64,000 nucleotides of DNA from Carpediemonas membranifera BICM (lineage: Eukaryota; Protista; Fornicata): contig JAHDYR010000007.1 in the NCBI GenBank assembly GCA_019828565.1, forward strand, positions 320,373 to 384,372, read 5' to 3'. Shown here in pieces: positions 21,956 to 31,985 of this stretch; the stretch's first letter is position 1, and every line of letters begins with the position of its first letter. The position numbers were made by a program, and so were the translations under genes. The notes under the pieces are model-generated. The model worked only from the letters and a program-made list of their open reading frames with translations. It did not search any database and was not told the DNA's origin.

Positions 21956-22984
21956 TCACTTCTTCTTCTTACCCTTCTTCTTTCCTTTCTTCTTGCCCTT
22001 TTTGCCCTTCTTCCCTTTCTTCTTCCCCTTCTTCTCCTTTTCATCCGGCAACACCGGCGTCTCCACAACGGTGCTCTCATACTCATCCGCATCATGCGGG
22101 AAGTACTCTGTCATGAGGTCCTTGAACACTTGGCTCTCGCGCTCCGTCGCCGTGACGAAGATGACGGCGTCCACCATCGACCTGTTCGTCCCCTTGTCCA
22201 GCCACGCCCGCACCGTGTCCAGGGCCACATGGACGGCCGGTACGAGCGGGTAGTAGTCCCTGGACCCGAGGATCGGGTACGGCATGGCGCTGAGCGTGGG
22301 GATGGCGGCCGTGCGGCACTTGTTCAGGGTCATCTGGTACAGCACCTGGTTGTAAACTGAGCGGAGGGAGTCGTTGTCCTCGTGGATCGGGGCGCCGACA
22401 TGACAGACGTGGGATGCGAGGAGATTCCCGCCCGAAGTGACCACCACGTCCCCAAGCTTGGGCAGGCCCTGCGCCAAGACCTCGTTGGCCACGTCAGCGC
22501 CAGCTGACTGTATGATGTGGAAGTTGAGCTCGCTGTCTCTCGCGTCTTTGCTTCCTAAAGGAACGTCGACCTGCGTGACGACCATGTCGACGGGAAGCGA
22601 GAGAATGTCGCCGTGGAAGATCGCAAGCTTGTCGTTCAGCTCTTGGTCTGGCTCAACACGGGCCTTCAGTTTGCCGAAGTTGGCGAATCGGTTGTAAGCC
22701 TCGAGGGGGGCGTACTGCCGCAGGTCGGCAACGGATTGCCGCATCTTGGCCTGCATTTTCGTCCATCGCTCGATTGGAAAGTGTTGCTGTAGCTTTAGCG
22801 CCGTGATAAAGTCCATTTCTTGCGCTAGTTCCGGAGCGGGAAGGGCGTTTTCTGCGCCAGCTTCGCCTTGTTCCGGCTGTGCTTCTGGTGTTTCTTCTGG
22901 CTGCGCTGGTGGCGCCTCCTTCGTGGTATTTGAGACGATTGCCGCGTCAGCAGCAGCGGCGGCCTCCCCCGCGTCGTCAGACAT
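21956..22984 (-). CDS. Macro-domain protein (MacroD/GDAP2-like, degenerate) with Lys-rich tail
   Basis: LNDKLAIFHGDILSLPVDMVV, GDVVVTSGGNLLASHVCHVGAP, LRSVY, TAAIPTLS; C-terminal (KKG)n. Confidence 0.8.
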   Translation of the reverse strand: MSDDAGEAAAAADAAIVSNTTKEAPPAQPEETPEAQPEQGEAGAENALPAPELAQEMDFITALKLQQHFPIERWTKMQAKMRQSVADLRQYAPLEAYNRFANFGKLKARVEPDQELNDKLAIFHGDILSLPVDMVVTQVDVPLGSKDARDSELNFHIIQSAGADVANEVLAQGLPKLGDVVVTSGGNLLASHVCHVGAPIHEDNDSLRSVYNQVLYQMTLNKCRTAAIPTLSAMPYPILGSRDYYPLVPAVHVALDTVRAWLDKGTNRSMVDAVIFVTATERESQVFKDLMTEYFPHDADEYESTVVETPVLPDEKEKKGKKKGKKGKKGKKKGKKKGKKKK

Positions 22985-23037
22985 CGATATGGTAAAAAAC
23001 GCAGCTTAGCCGATTTTTCTGTGCTATTGAAGGGTCA

Positions 23038-23296
23038 AACAATGTGTTTATACTGCGCAACACTGCCCTGCTGCAGAGAACATCCTGTGGCGTTCTCTTG
23101 CCACGGAAGATGAGCTCAGTGGCTCTCCGTTCAGTCGCACATCGATCCCGCGCCTTCCAACATCATTCCAGTATCATCAATTGGCTAACCGCCAACATTC
23201 GTCTACGGACGGATGATGTTGTGCAGTTTGGCACTTTGATCGTTCCTTTCAGGCCCTGTCTGGGAGGTTCGAACAATGTGTTTATACTGCGCAACA
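23038..23296. repeat. 25-bp direct repeat pair (23038-23062 and 23272-23296) around a 209-bp spacer
   Basis: AACAATGTGTTTATACTGCGCAACA occurs twice in the intergenic region between CK2 alpha and the macro-domain gene. Confidence 0.85.
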
Positions 23297-23329
23297 TTCT
23301 GCAATTTAGAGCGCTAACGACAGGACAGC

Positions 23330-24328
23330 CTACTCCGAGAACAGGTGGCGCACGGGGTCGAAGAAGGGGTGGCCCATCGCCTCCCGGGCCGTTGGCCGCT
23401 CCTGGTGGTCGAACCGGAGGAGCGTCTTGACGAAGTCAATTGCGTCGGGTGGGCAAAGGTGCTTGTTCTTGTCGGTGATGAACCCCTCGAGCGGTCTCGC
23501 GGGCAGGTTACGGTCGACGAGGTCGGAGATGTGCTTCTTCATGGGGATCTCGTACTTGGCAAGGTACTCCGTGAACGACCTGTTGCCAAGCACCTCCACG
23601 ATCTTCTCCAGCTGGTTCTCGTTGCTGGAACCCTTGAAGAAGGGCTCCTTGAGGAAGATCATGGCCGCCAGCTGTGCTCCCAGGCTCCAGAGGTCCAGGG
23701 AATAGTCGTACTGCCTGAAGTCCACGAGGAGCTCGGGCCCCTTGAAGTAGCGCGACGCCACGCGGACGTTGTACTCCATGCCGGGCAGATAGAACTCAGC
23801 GAGACCGAAATCGATGAGGCGGAGCTCGCGGCGCTTGTGATCGATCATGATGTTGTGCGGCTTCACATCGCGGTGCATGATGCCCATCGAGTGGCAGAAG
23901 TCGAGGGCGATGAGGATCTTGTACATGTAGAAACGGATGTCGTCGATGGAGAGCTTGGGATAGAGCGTGCGGAAGTCCTCGGTGTCGACGAGCTCAGTAA
24001 TAAAGGCAGGCGTCTTGGAAACGGGATCTCTGACAACGTCAAGGAGGTGGACAATGTTGGGGCCCTCGGCGAGGTTCTGAAGGATCTTGATCTCGCGCTT
24101 GATCTTCTTCTTCTTCACGGGCTTGAGGACCTTGATGATGACGAACTTGTCCGCCGCGCAGTCGTACCCCTTGAACACTTCGCTGTACTTGCCACGACCA
24201 ACTTTCGCGACGATTTCATAGTTGTTCTGATCTCCCCACGACATATTCATCGAATCGTACTCGTAGTAGGAGCGCCCGTGCTCGTAGCACGCGTCCTTGT
24301 AAACTCTAGCAACACTTGGCTTAGTCAT
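23330..24328 (-). CDS. CKA1: Casein kinase II catalytic alpha subunit
   Basis: [51 protein letters not shown]. Confidence 0.97.
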   Translation of the reverse strand: MTKPSVARVYKDACYEHGRSYYEYDSMNMSWGDQNNYEIVAKVGRGKYSEVFKGYDCAADKFVIIKVLKPVKKKKIKREIKILQNLAEGPNIVHLLDVVRDPVSKTPAFITELVDTEDFRTLYPKLSIDDIRFYMYKILIALDFCHSMGIMHRDVKPHNIMIDHKRRELRLIDFGLAEFYLPGMEYNVRVASRYFKGPELLVDFRQYDYSLDLWSLGAQLAAMIFLKEPFFKGSSNENQLEKIVEVLGNRSFTEYLAKYEIPMKKHISDLVDRNLPARPLEGFITDKNKHLCPPDAIDFVKTLLRFDHQERPTAREAMGHPFFDPVRHLFSE

Positions 24329-24570
24329 GGTTAGTTCTGGCGAGACAGGTGAAGCTTTTGAAGAATTGCGCTACTGGGATCCAGGCAGCAATTCGTGAGA
24401 GCTTAAACCTGCGCGAAAAGTCATGGGTGGTCAACACATTCGCCAGAACTGCCCCAAGGCTCGCATGGAACTGGCCGGGCCTTCATGCAATTTCTCAATT
24501 CGTGGTTCTCCTGCTCACCGTCTTGGGTGACTCGGAAATTTGCCCAACCCACACCAGTCTCGCTAGAGTT

Positions 24571-25734
24571 TTATAAACAATCGGCATGCGCAATGGACGT
24601 GTTGAAGCAGTCGAGCTCGAGGCTGCCGACGTACAGCTGGCTCTGGGAGGACGGCCCGAACGCGCCCATCCGCTCGGGCGTCTGGGTGAAGATCGTGGTC
24701 GGCGTCACGGGCGGCCCGAGGTTGGCCGCGACGTCGAGGGTGCCGAGGCCGAACGACAGGCCGGACATGGCGTCGGCCATGGAGTTCGCGCCCTCCCCGG
24801 CATCAGGCCAGGCGGAGCAGCTGGGGACGGCCATCTGCGTGATCGGGATGTCGGGCGTGGCCTCTGGCATCCGCTGGAAGGTGATCTTGGGGTTCTTCGC
24901 AGGGATCCTCTTCCGGATGGCCGCCGCCGAGGACGCCTTTGGTGTCTTCACGCGGCCAGTCTTGCGGGCGGCCGCGGGGACGGGCTTGAACATGCGGGGG
25001 TCGACCGGGATGGTCTGGATGAGGTTGGACCTGCGCGCGGGGTCGAGGAGCGTGCGCTCGACGACTAGGGGCGACGTGACGGCCTCGGAGTCGTAACCCA
25101 GCGGGCCCCACGCCGTCCTGACGCTCGGGGGAGGCAGATGGAGACCGAGTTCCTTGGCGAGGCCCGCGGCGGTGTCGATGAGGCCGTTCTTGAGCTCGAC
25201 GAGGGCGAGGAAGTAACCAACCCACTCAGGCATGTGCCGCACGATCACCTCCTGGCGGTGGTTGCGGGCGTACAACCTCCGTTTGGCCTGGTTGGCGAGG
25301 TCGAGGAACAGGCCGGTGGCGTGGAGGGGCGAGCACATGCAGGAGATACGGCGCCGGGGGATTTCCTCGGAGGTCGACATCGAGGGCATGTCCACGGTCT
25401 TGTTGAAGCCCATGAATCGGTACACGTTGCGGACGTTCATCTCGGTGCTCGTGGCGCCCTCGTAATCGTCGTCCTTCTCCATCTCCTCCTGAAAGTCGGC
25501 GATGTGGACGGGAGGCTCATCGATATTCTCAAAGAGGGAGTTAAGCGTGCGCATGTCGCTCTCTATGGTGTTAATATACGGTTTCACGTGGCTATTCTCG
25601 CGGATCGGAACGCGCTCGCGGATAAGCTCTTGGTGGAGGAATGAAATGATGTCTACTGCACAGTTTCTCTTCTGAACACGGTCGCCGTTCGAATAGTCGT
25701 ATGGAGCTGCGAGTTTGATCACTCCTTGCTGCAT
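24571..25734 (-). CDS. Hypothetical protein (likely start MQQGVIK at 25734)
   Basis: Long ORF with host-like codon usage; no recognised domain. Confidence 0.6.
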   Translation of the reverse strand: MQQGVIKLAAPYDYSNGDRVQKRNCAVDIISFLHQELIRERVPIRENSHVKPYINTIESDMRTLNSLFENIDEPPVHIADFQEEMEKDDDYEGATSTEMNVRNVYRFMGFNKTVDMPSMSTSEEIPRRRISCMCSPLHATGLFLDLANQAKRRLYARNHRQEVIVRHMPEWVGYFLALVELKNGLIDTAAGLAKELGLHLPPPSVRTAWGPLGYDSEAVTSPLVVERTLLDPARRSNLIQTIPVDPRMFKPVPAAARKTGRVKTPKASSAAAIRKRIPAKNPKITFQRMPEATPDIPITQMAVPSCSAWPDAGEGANSMADAMSGLSFGLGTLDVAANLGPPVTPTTIFTQTPERMGAFGPSSQSQLYVGSLELDCFNTSIAHADCL

Positions 25735-25795
25735 TCGGGTTCCGGTCGTATCTCTGGACCATATCCTGCGGGCACGACTTATCCAACGACTGCCC

Positions 25796-26617
25796 TCACT
25801 CGAGCGCCGCCAGCGCCGCGCGGACCGGCTTCGGCATATGCGCGAGCACAGCATCCCCCGCGAGGTTGCCCAGGTTGAATATGGGCAGGGCCAGCGGCGA
25901 GCCGTCCCCCGGTGGGAGGGGACTGAGCTGCGTGGACACAGCGATGAGGCACAGCACGGGGTGGCCCAGGCCGAAGAGGAGGTCTCCGGCCTCGGTGGGG
26001 AGGATGAAAATGAAGGTGGACGCCAGGACGCCGAAGCCGAGGTGGTACGCCCAGTTTGTCTCGATCTGCATGGTCTTGTAGTGCAGCGACGTGCCCGCGG
26101 GCGTCAGGTCCCACAGGGCGGAGTGGAAGAAGAAGGACATGCGCCACGACAGCACGGCGACATAGAGGACCGTCCCAACGAGCGGCAGCCATGACAGACC
26201 GACCGCGATGAGCACGAGCGAGAAGGTGACGATGAAGCGCACCGTGCCATTGATCAGCGTGAGTGCCAACTGCGCGAGGGGGGCGCGGCGCGGCGGCTCG
26301 AAGGGCTCTGCGGCGAAGGCGGCGTAGTAGGCGCGTGCAATGCCGTCAGACGCCTGGTACACAGGCAGGAGAATCAGCGACTTCAGCACGGCCACTGCGG
26401 TGAATGCCACGAGGCGCTTGGTCGAGTGGGACATCGAGTAGAAGGAGAAACGGCGCTCGTCCTCCACGACGGCCTCAGGCACCGCCGTCAGACGGGCGAT
26501 GAGCGGGATTACGAGGATGTGGAGCAGCAAAAAGAGCGCGATGAAGACAGTGGCGTGAGCAATGAAGGACCGTGTGATCCGGGCGGCGAGCTCGGGCTTC
26601 GTTCTTAGGTTGTCCAC
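25796..26617 (-). CDS. EI24 (etoposide-induced 2.4) family membrane protein; N-terminus uncertain
   Basis: Multi-TM; motif IETNWAYHLGFG followed by GLGHPVLCLIA, and LPIF near the C-terminus. Confidence 0.7.
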   Translation of the reverse strand: MDNLRTKPELAARITRSFIAHATVFIALFLLLHILVIPLIARLTAVPEAVVEDERRFSFYSMSHSTKRLVAFTAVAVLKSLILLPVYQASDGIARAYYAAFAAEPFEPPRRAPLAQLALTLINGTVRFIVTFSLVLIAVGLSWLPLVGTVLYVAVLSWRMSFFFHSALWDLTPAGTSLHYKTMQIETNWAYHLGFGVLASTFIFILPTEAGDLLFGLGHPVLCLIAVSTQLSPLPPGDGSPLALPIFNLGNLAGDAVLAHMPKPVRAALAALE

Positions 26618-26896
26618 GACGCGGTGGATACCGACGCTCGATAGGACGCCTGCCGTGGCATCAAGAGCATAAGAATGGAATTTGCGAGCTATGTGTGTCC
26701 TGGTTGCCTGCCTGAGTCCGTTCAGGCCATGCGATTGTCAGCCTCGGCGATATACATGATATGTAACTCTCGCCGGAACTGTAAGCATACAGCGAAGAGC
26801 CAAGCTCGGCCGCCACAGGCAATGATGCACGTTCCAGCCGACCACCATCTGGAGCTGCTGATCGATCGGAAGCTCAGTTCACAGGCTCATTTTTAC

Positions 26897-27746
26897 TCAG
26901 CGGCGGGCCGGGAACTTCTTCATAGGGAACGACCTCATCGGGCCCTTCTTCACCCGGACCCTCGTCGGGTCCTTCTTCGCACTCAGCACGACGACCATGA
27001 GGACGCCGCCGACAGTAAGGGTGCCTGCGGCGACCGTCTTCCAGAGCACAGAGCTCTGCCACCAGGCGTCACGATCTGGGTTCACTGTGACGTTCGTCTC
27101 CGCGGGCTGCTCGGGCTCCGCGGTGTCTTCGGGCAGCGTGGCCTCCCTGGACGACGGGGCAGGCCCGCTCCACGGGCTCGGGCACGGGCTCGCTCTCGAC
27201 CATAGGCTGGACAACCTCATACCCTTCGACGGCATCATCGGCAGGGGCCCCCTCGTCCTCCTCGGACCGGCCGCAGACCTCCTGGATGAGAGGCAGCTCG
27301 CGGACGGCGATGATGATCGTGCACATGTTGTCAAGGAACCGGTCGCACGCGGCCTTGTCGAGGTGGTTGTTGACCGCGGCGGGGTTGGTGGTCTCGTCGT
27401 CGTGAACGACTCCCCGCAGTTTCTTGATGGTGCGGAAGGCCGCGTAGGTGGCCTTGACGAGGACAGAGACGCTGTCGGGGAGGACGACCTGCAGCTCGGC
27501 CCGGCGGAGGTTGAAGAGAACCTTGGCCAGAGCGGGGAAGTCGTCGAGGAGTGTGCCGGTGTCCTCCAGCTGCTGCAGCTTGTCCTGGACGGCGGTCATG
27601 AGCACCTGCTTCTCATTGGAGTCCGGAATGCGCATACTGATCTCCTGGACGAGCGCCAGGAGCGATTGCGACGACGTTTCAAAGTACTGGCGGCTCGTTG
27701 CCAGCTGTTCAGCGAAACTTGGGTTGTTCATGTTCTTCTGAACCAA
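26897..27746 (-). CDS. Hypothetical tail-anchored protein, apparent frameshift near 27165
   Basis: ORF 27069-27746 and the C-terminal part of ORF 26897-27334 (TM helix WKTVAAGTLTVGGVLMVVVL plus basic tail) overlap in different frames. Confidence 0.5.
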
Positions 27747-28120
27747 AATGGATCTGGATCGCGATCTCGCGTCGCACTGGGCCTGACATGGTCACCGTGA
27801 CGATCGCTCCTGTGACCGACTCCATTCGACTCTGAGGCTCGAGTGCCTAGCTCGCGCGTCGTACATCAGTGGAGACAGAGGAGAGCCACATCCGCTGATA
27901 ACCCGCGTGTAGAGCACGTATGCATGAGGAAGTAGGCCGTGGCGCGTTGGACACGTCGTCCTCACGATTACGCAGAATATGTCATGTGAGCAGGATGAGC
28001 GGGGGAGGGCTCGCGGAGCAAAGAGAGGTGCCTGCCAGCGCCCTCTCGCTGCGGGGCCGTGTTTTGAAAGGGCGACTGTAGAAGTCACGGGGACCACCAC
28101 GAACGCATCACACCGAAAGA

Positions 28121-28390
28121 ATGGGCGGAAAAGGACAACTGGTAGCAGCTACTGCAGGAACATTCATTGCTGGAAGTGTTACATCATATGTCTTCGATAT
28201 GGTCCTGCAGAGCAGGTGGCTCAACAGCTATGCCTGGGTTCGCCGCGTCAGAGGCGTCCAGCCGCAGGAGGAGCAAGAAGATGTGGATGAGATCGTGAGA
28301 AAAGCTGTTCGAGAGGCACTGGCTCAATACGAGCGCCAAAAGGAAGGAAAAGGAAGAGGCGCGATCCACAAGCGAGCGGTCGTCATGTAG
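28121..28390 (+). CDS. Small protein with N-terminal hydrophobic segment
   Basis: 89 aa; C-terminal EDVDEIVRKAVREALAQY resembles the neighbouring ORF. Confidence 0.5.
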   Translation: MGGKGQLVAATAGTFIAGSVTSYVFDMVLQSRWLNSYAWVRRVRGVQPQEEQEDVDEIVRKAVREALAQYERQKEGKGRGAIHKRAVVM

Positions 28391-28658
28391 GGGGTGATAA
28401 AGAGTGTTTCGACGGAGTGGGTGACGTGTGACGGGCCTCTAGTGGGTTCAATGAGTGGCGGTGTCACCCTCCATCGGACGCTCAGACCCGCACCGAGTGA
28501 TGGCAAGCTAGCTCGTGCTCGTAGTGCTATACAGGCCGTGTCACCAGGGCCATGCGACCGCTGCAGTGCGGCGAAACAGCACTGGGAGCCAATCATCTGA
28601 TTGCAGTTTCTGTGACAGCGCCCGTGACACTGGCATTGACGAAAACAACGAACAGGCG

Positions 28659-28871
28659 ATGACACAAGCGTACAGGAGCATACTTTCCATCATTGGCACG
28701 GCAGTTGCTGCCGAAATGATTATTAGAGCGTGCGGCACCGGAGCTGATCGCCTTCTTGACTATGCCGCGGGTAAAAAGGGGGAGCCATGCCACGATCCCG
28801 CCGATGACGTTGAGAAAATAGCACGCAGGGCAGCATTGGCGGCTGTGAAGGAATATGCCGCCCACCAGTGA
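28659..28871 (+). CDS. Small protein, probable paralog of 28121-28390
   Basis: MTQAYRSILSIIGTAVAAEMII...DDVEKIARRAALAAVKEY. Confidence 0.45.
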   Translation: MTQAYRSILSIIGTAVAAEMIIRACGTGADRLLDYAAGKKGEPCHDPADDVEKIARRAALAAVKEYAAHQ

Positions 28872-29389
28872 TGGCAGCCAGGTAAAGACCATTGATGTTC
28901 AGATGACCCAAAGCCGGCACCACAGGCGTTGTGCACCTACGCATGACGCAATGGGCGTTGCAAGGTGGGCTCATGAGAGCACTGGCAGTTGTCCAGGCGT
29001 GCGGCAGAGGCAGCACGGAGCAGGCCGGGAAATGCCAGGTGATACACTTGAGGGGGCGAGAGCGACGGGGACGCTGCTGGGCTGGGGCGTCTGGGAGACC
29101 GAGCAGGACCGAGAGAGGAGCCCAGCGCAGAGCGGTGCTACGCCAGTCGTCACAGGGCGGGAAAGGCTGCCACTGCGCACAAACTATCGTGCTTTACCTC
29201 TTCACTACGAATTAGAACTCACCGGAGCGCTTAATGAAGCCCATACCAGCCCCGATCGTATCCACACGAGCCTGGACGGTGTGATTGCCCTGGCAACCAG
29301 GGAGCTCGCTAGGAGGATTAGTAGGAGTCATTGCCGACGGATTTCCACCAACAGCTGTGTTGCCCATGAGTCTTCTGCGTCTGAAAATG

Positions 29390-29432
29390 TGTAGTCTCGG
29401 TGAGAGAAATCAATCAAGTGCAGTTTACCACA
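29390..29432 (-). repeat. 3' LTR of G (43 bp)
   Basis: Identical to 39832-39874. Confidence 0.95.
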
Positions 29433-29439
29433 TCGCCCC

Positions 29440-30092
29440 CTAGTGGCGAGAACGCCTAGCGTGTTGGACAAGGTAGTCCTGGCAGACCTTGTTGAAGTGG
29501 GCGTTTGAGTCACGATACTGGATAAACGCATCGTTGGTGAGGAGCTCAGTGATGGGTACGTCTTGGTCCTCGTCGGCCTCGTAGCCGAGCCAACGCACCT
29601 GGCACATGGGCATGCCCGTGTCAGCGCGCTTGAACCACTTGACAATGTGGTCGACGATCCCGTGGGGAGTGTCCTGGACGAAGTACTTGCGAGCTTCGTC
29701 GACCGTGAGGCGCTCCTGGAGCTTCGCCAGGCGACTGGCGTGCCTCTTGATAGTCTTGCCGGTGACAGGGTTCTCAAGGAGGTAGCCCTGGTCTTCGGTG
29801 GCGGCCCAAACCCGGTAGGGGCCACGCATCTTGAACTCGAGGCGAGGAACTGGGGCGTCGCGCTGCACGAGGACCCAGTCGCCGGGAGAAAGCTGGGAAG
29901 CGAGAGTGGGATAGAACCTGTCTTTCACCCCCTTCCTGGTGAGCTGAGCAGCTTTGATTGCGGCCATGGTGTGGATGGCACGGTCCATGGTCTCTTGGCT
30001 GACGCTCGATGTATCTGGGGCAGTCCTGGGCCCGTTCTTGACCTGGTGGTGGATGAGAGCCGCTGAAAAGGCGGCCTCGTGAGGCGTACGGC
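29440..30092 (-). CDS. Element G integrase C-terminus and chromodomain
   Basis: Continues ...PSAALGGR|TPHEAAF across H; GPY motif (MRGPYRV); IVDHIV...VRWLGYEADEDQDVP. Confidence 0.85.
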
Positions 30093-30176
30093 TGTGGTTT
30101 GGAAGAGAAAGAGTTTACGAGTAAAAAGAGGTTTGGACCCTCCCAGGGATATTGGTAGATATTAATACTGACTACA
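30093..30176 (-). repeat. 3' LTR of H (84 bp)
   Basis: Identical to 36044-36127. Confidence 0.95.
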
Positions 30177-30880
30177 CTTCCCCCCCATGGCCAAGCAGTC
30201 GCGCGGCCATCACCACAACCAACATCTGGTATTACGTGGGGCTAGAGCCACCAATCGAACTTGGGATTACGCTCGCTCATGCCGAACCACTATTGGAATT
30301 ATCGACGGGATAACGACAACCAACTTCTGGGATTACGTCTTATTGCAACCTCCAGGTGAGGTATTATGCGTAGTAAGGTGTGACCGAAAGATTCGAGGAT
30401 GATATCAAAAAGATTCGGAAAAGATCTATGCAGCGCTGCTAATTAAGATATGGGTTCAGGAGCTCCTGTATAAGTATAAAAAGGACGTACCACAGCCCCG
30501 CCCCCTCGCGGGCACTCTGGGGCTCGCGCTCGACTCGGGAATTCTGGCCCCGAGCATTTTTAGGCATTTCGCCATCGCTCATACAGAAAGTTCTGGTACG
30601 TTGGGCTGATCCGCCCCATTCTTACACAGTGCCCGAAAAAGGGGTTTTCGAGCCCCAATTCGGCTTCGTTGGCGAGTTCTGACTCTTTTTGTTCTGCGCT
30701 GTACCGAAAGTTAACCAACATCATAAGCACTGCTCCACGGACGGTAGAAGTCTCGTGGACTGTGTTTGAGATATAAATATTGTGAATAGTCCGTCATGGG
30801 GATCACTATGGGCACTTCCATTCGTCATTTGGGAAAAGTGCAGGATATGTCGCTTTTTCCTGAGGAAAAGCGGCCAAACA

Positions 30881-31966
30881 TGGCGGATACGCGTGCGCTC
30901 GACCAAATTCGTGAGCTTTCGATGGAGTTAACTGATGACGATTATCGCAAGGTGCTCGAAAATGCCCTTGCGACGATTGCTCGGACGCAACGCTATAAGG
31001 CCCGCACGATGAGCGCCCTGCAGAAGAGGGCCATCCGCAAGAGCGGCGGGAATGCCTCCCAGATGCCCATGATGCGGTTTGTGCGCCTCTATTCTTCTTA
31101 CCTAGGATCTTCACCGTGCCGGCAACTTCCGCTCGGGAGCTCTGCCGTGTGCCGGTGGGGGTGTGATGGAGGGGTGCTTCACGAAGCAGGCAGACCAGCT
31201 CGCCGATGTGGTTCGACGGTGCTTGGCTGGCTACGTTAACTTCGTTGAGGTGCCCCTCGAGGGGATCTTCGATCACCTCTCCACCGGCACGCTGTGGAGC
31301 AAGGACGCAGGCGGCTTGCTCGATCTGTCAGCCGGCCTGCTGGTCCAGCTCCAGCGAGAGCATCGTGCGCTCCGCTTCCTGCGGGAGGCGTCTCGCAGCC
31401 GTGCCGAAACCGACTCCGGCATAGTCCGCGACGCCGTTGACGCCGGCGTTTTCGATCTCAAGGGCAACGGCTCAAACAGGTACGTCACCCCGGAGACCCT
31501 GTTCTCGCTCTCCCGCGCTCTCGGCTGCGGCCAGAGCCTGGCCCGCCGCACCCTGTACCGGGTCGCCGTCTTGGCCCTCGCCCCAGACTACTACCGCTTG
31601 TTCCTCCACGGGGAGCGTAGCGAGAACGTCTCAGTCACCGCCACTCACTGGGCCGCCCTGGTCGCTAACCTCCGCGCCATGGACGAGCTTCCGTCCCTGC
31701 CGGAGCGGCTCGGTCTGGCCATGCAGGTCTCTGACCCTGAGCGCGAGTACGAGGTCCTTGACGTGCTGGGTCACGAGATCCTGACGGCTGGATCCGACCG
31801 CCGACTCATTCTTCACGTTCAGTACGCGGGCTACACTGCCCCTACCTGCACTGGTCTGGACGAGACCCTCGCTGCCGTCAGCGTGGCTCGCGAGTATCTG
31901 ATCGACTTTGAGCTCGAGGACTGGATCAAGGGCCCTGACGACGAGTCCGATGACGACTACCAATAA
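30881..31966 (+). CDS. Antisense accessory ORF of element H with C-terminal chromodomain-like region (one indel near 31105)
   Basis: Two overlapping ORFs join on removal of 1 nt at CCTAGGATC. C-terminus EREYEVLDVLGH...LILHVQYAGY...VAREYL. TATA-like ATATAAAT near 30771. Confidence 0.6.
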
Positions 31967-31985
31967 ATCTTGATTGAGAATCCGT

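Noticed and set aside
30210-30375. CRISPR array
   Set aside because: Repeats are degenerate and irregularly spaced, inside a eukaryotic retrotransposon, with no cas genes.
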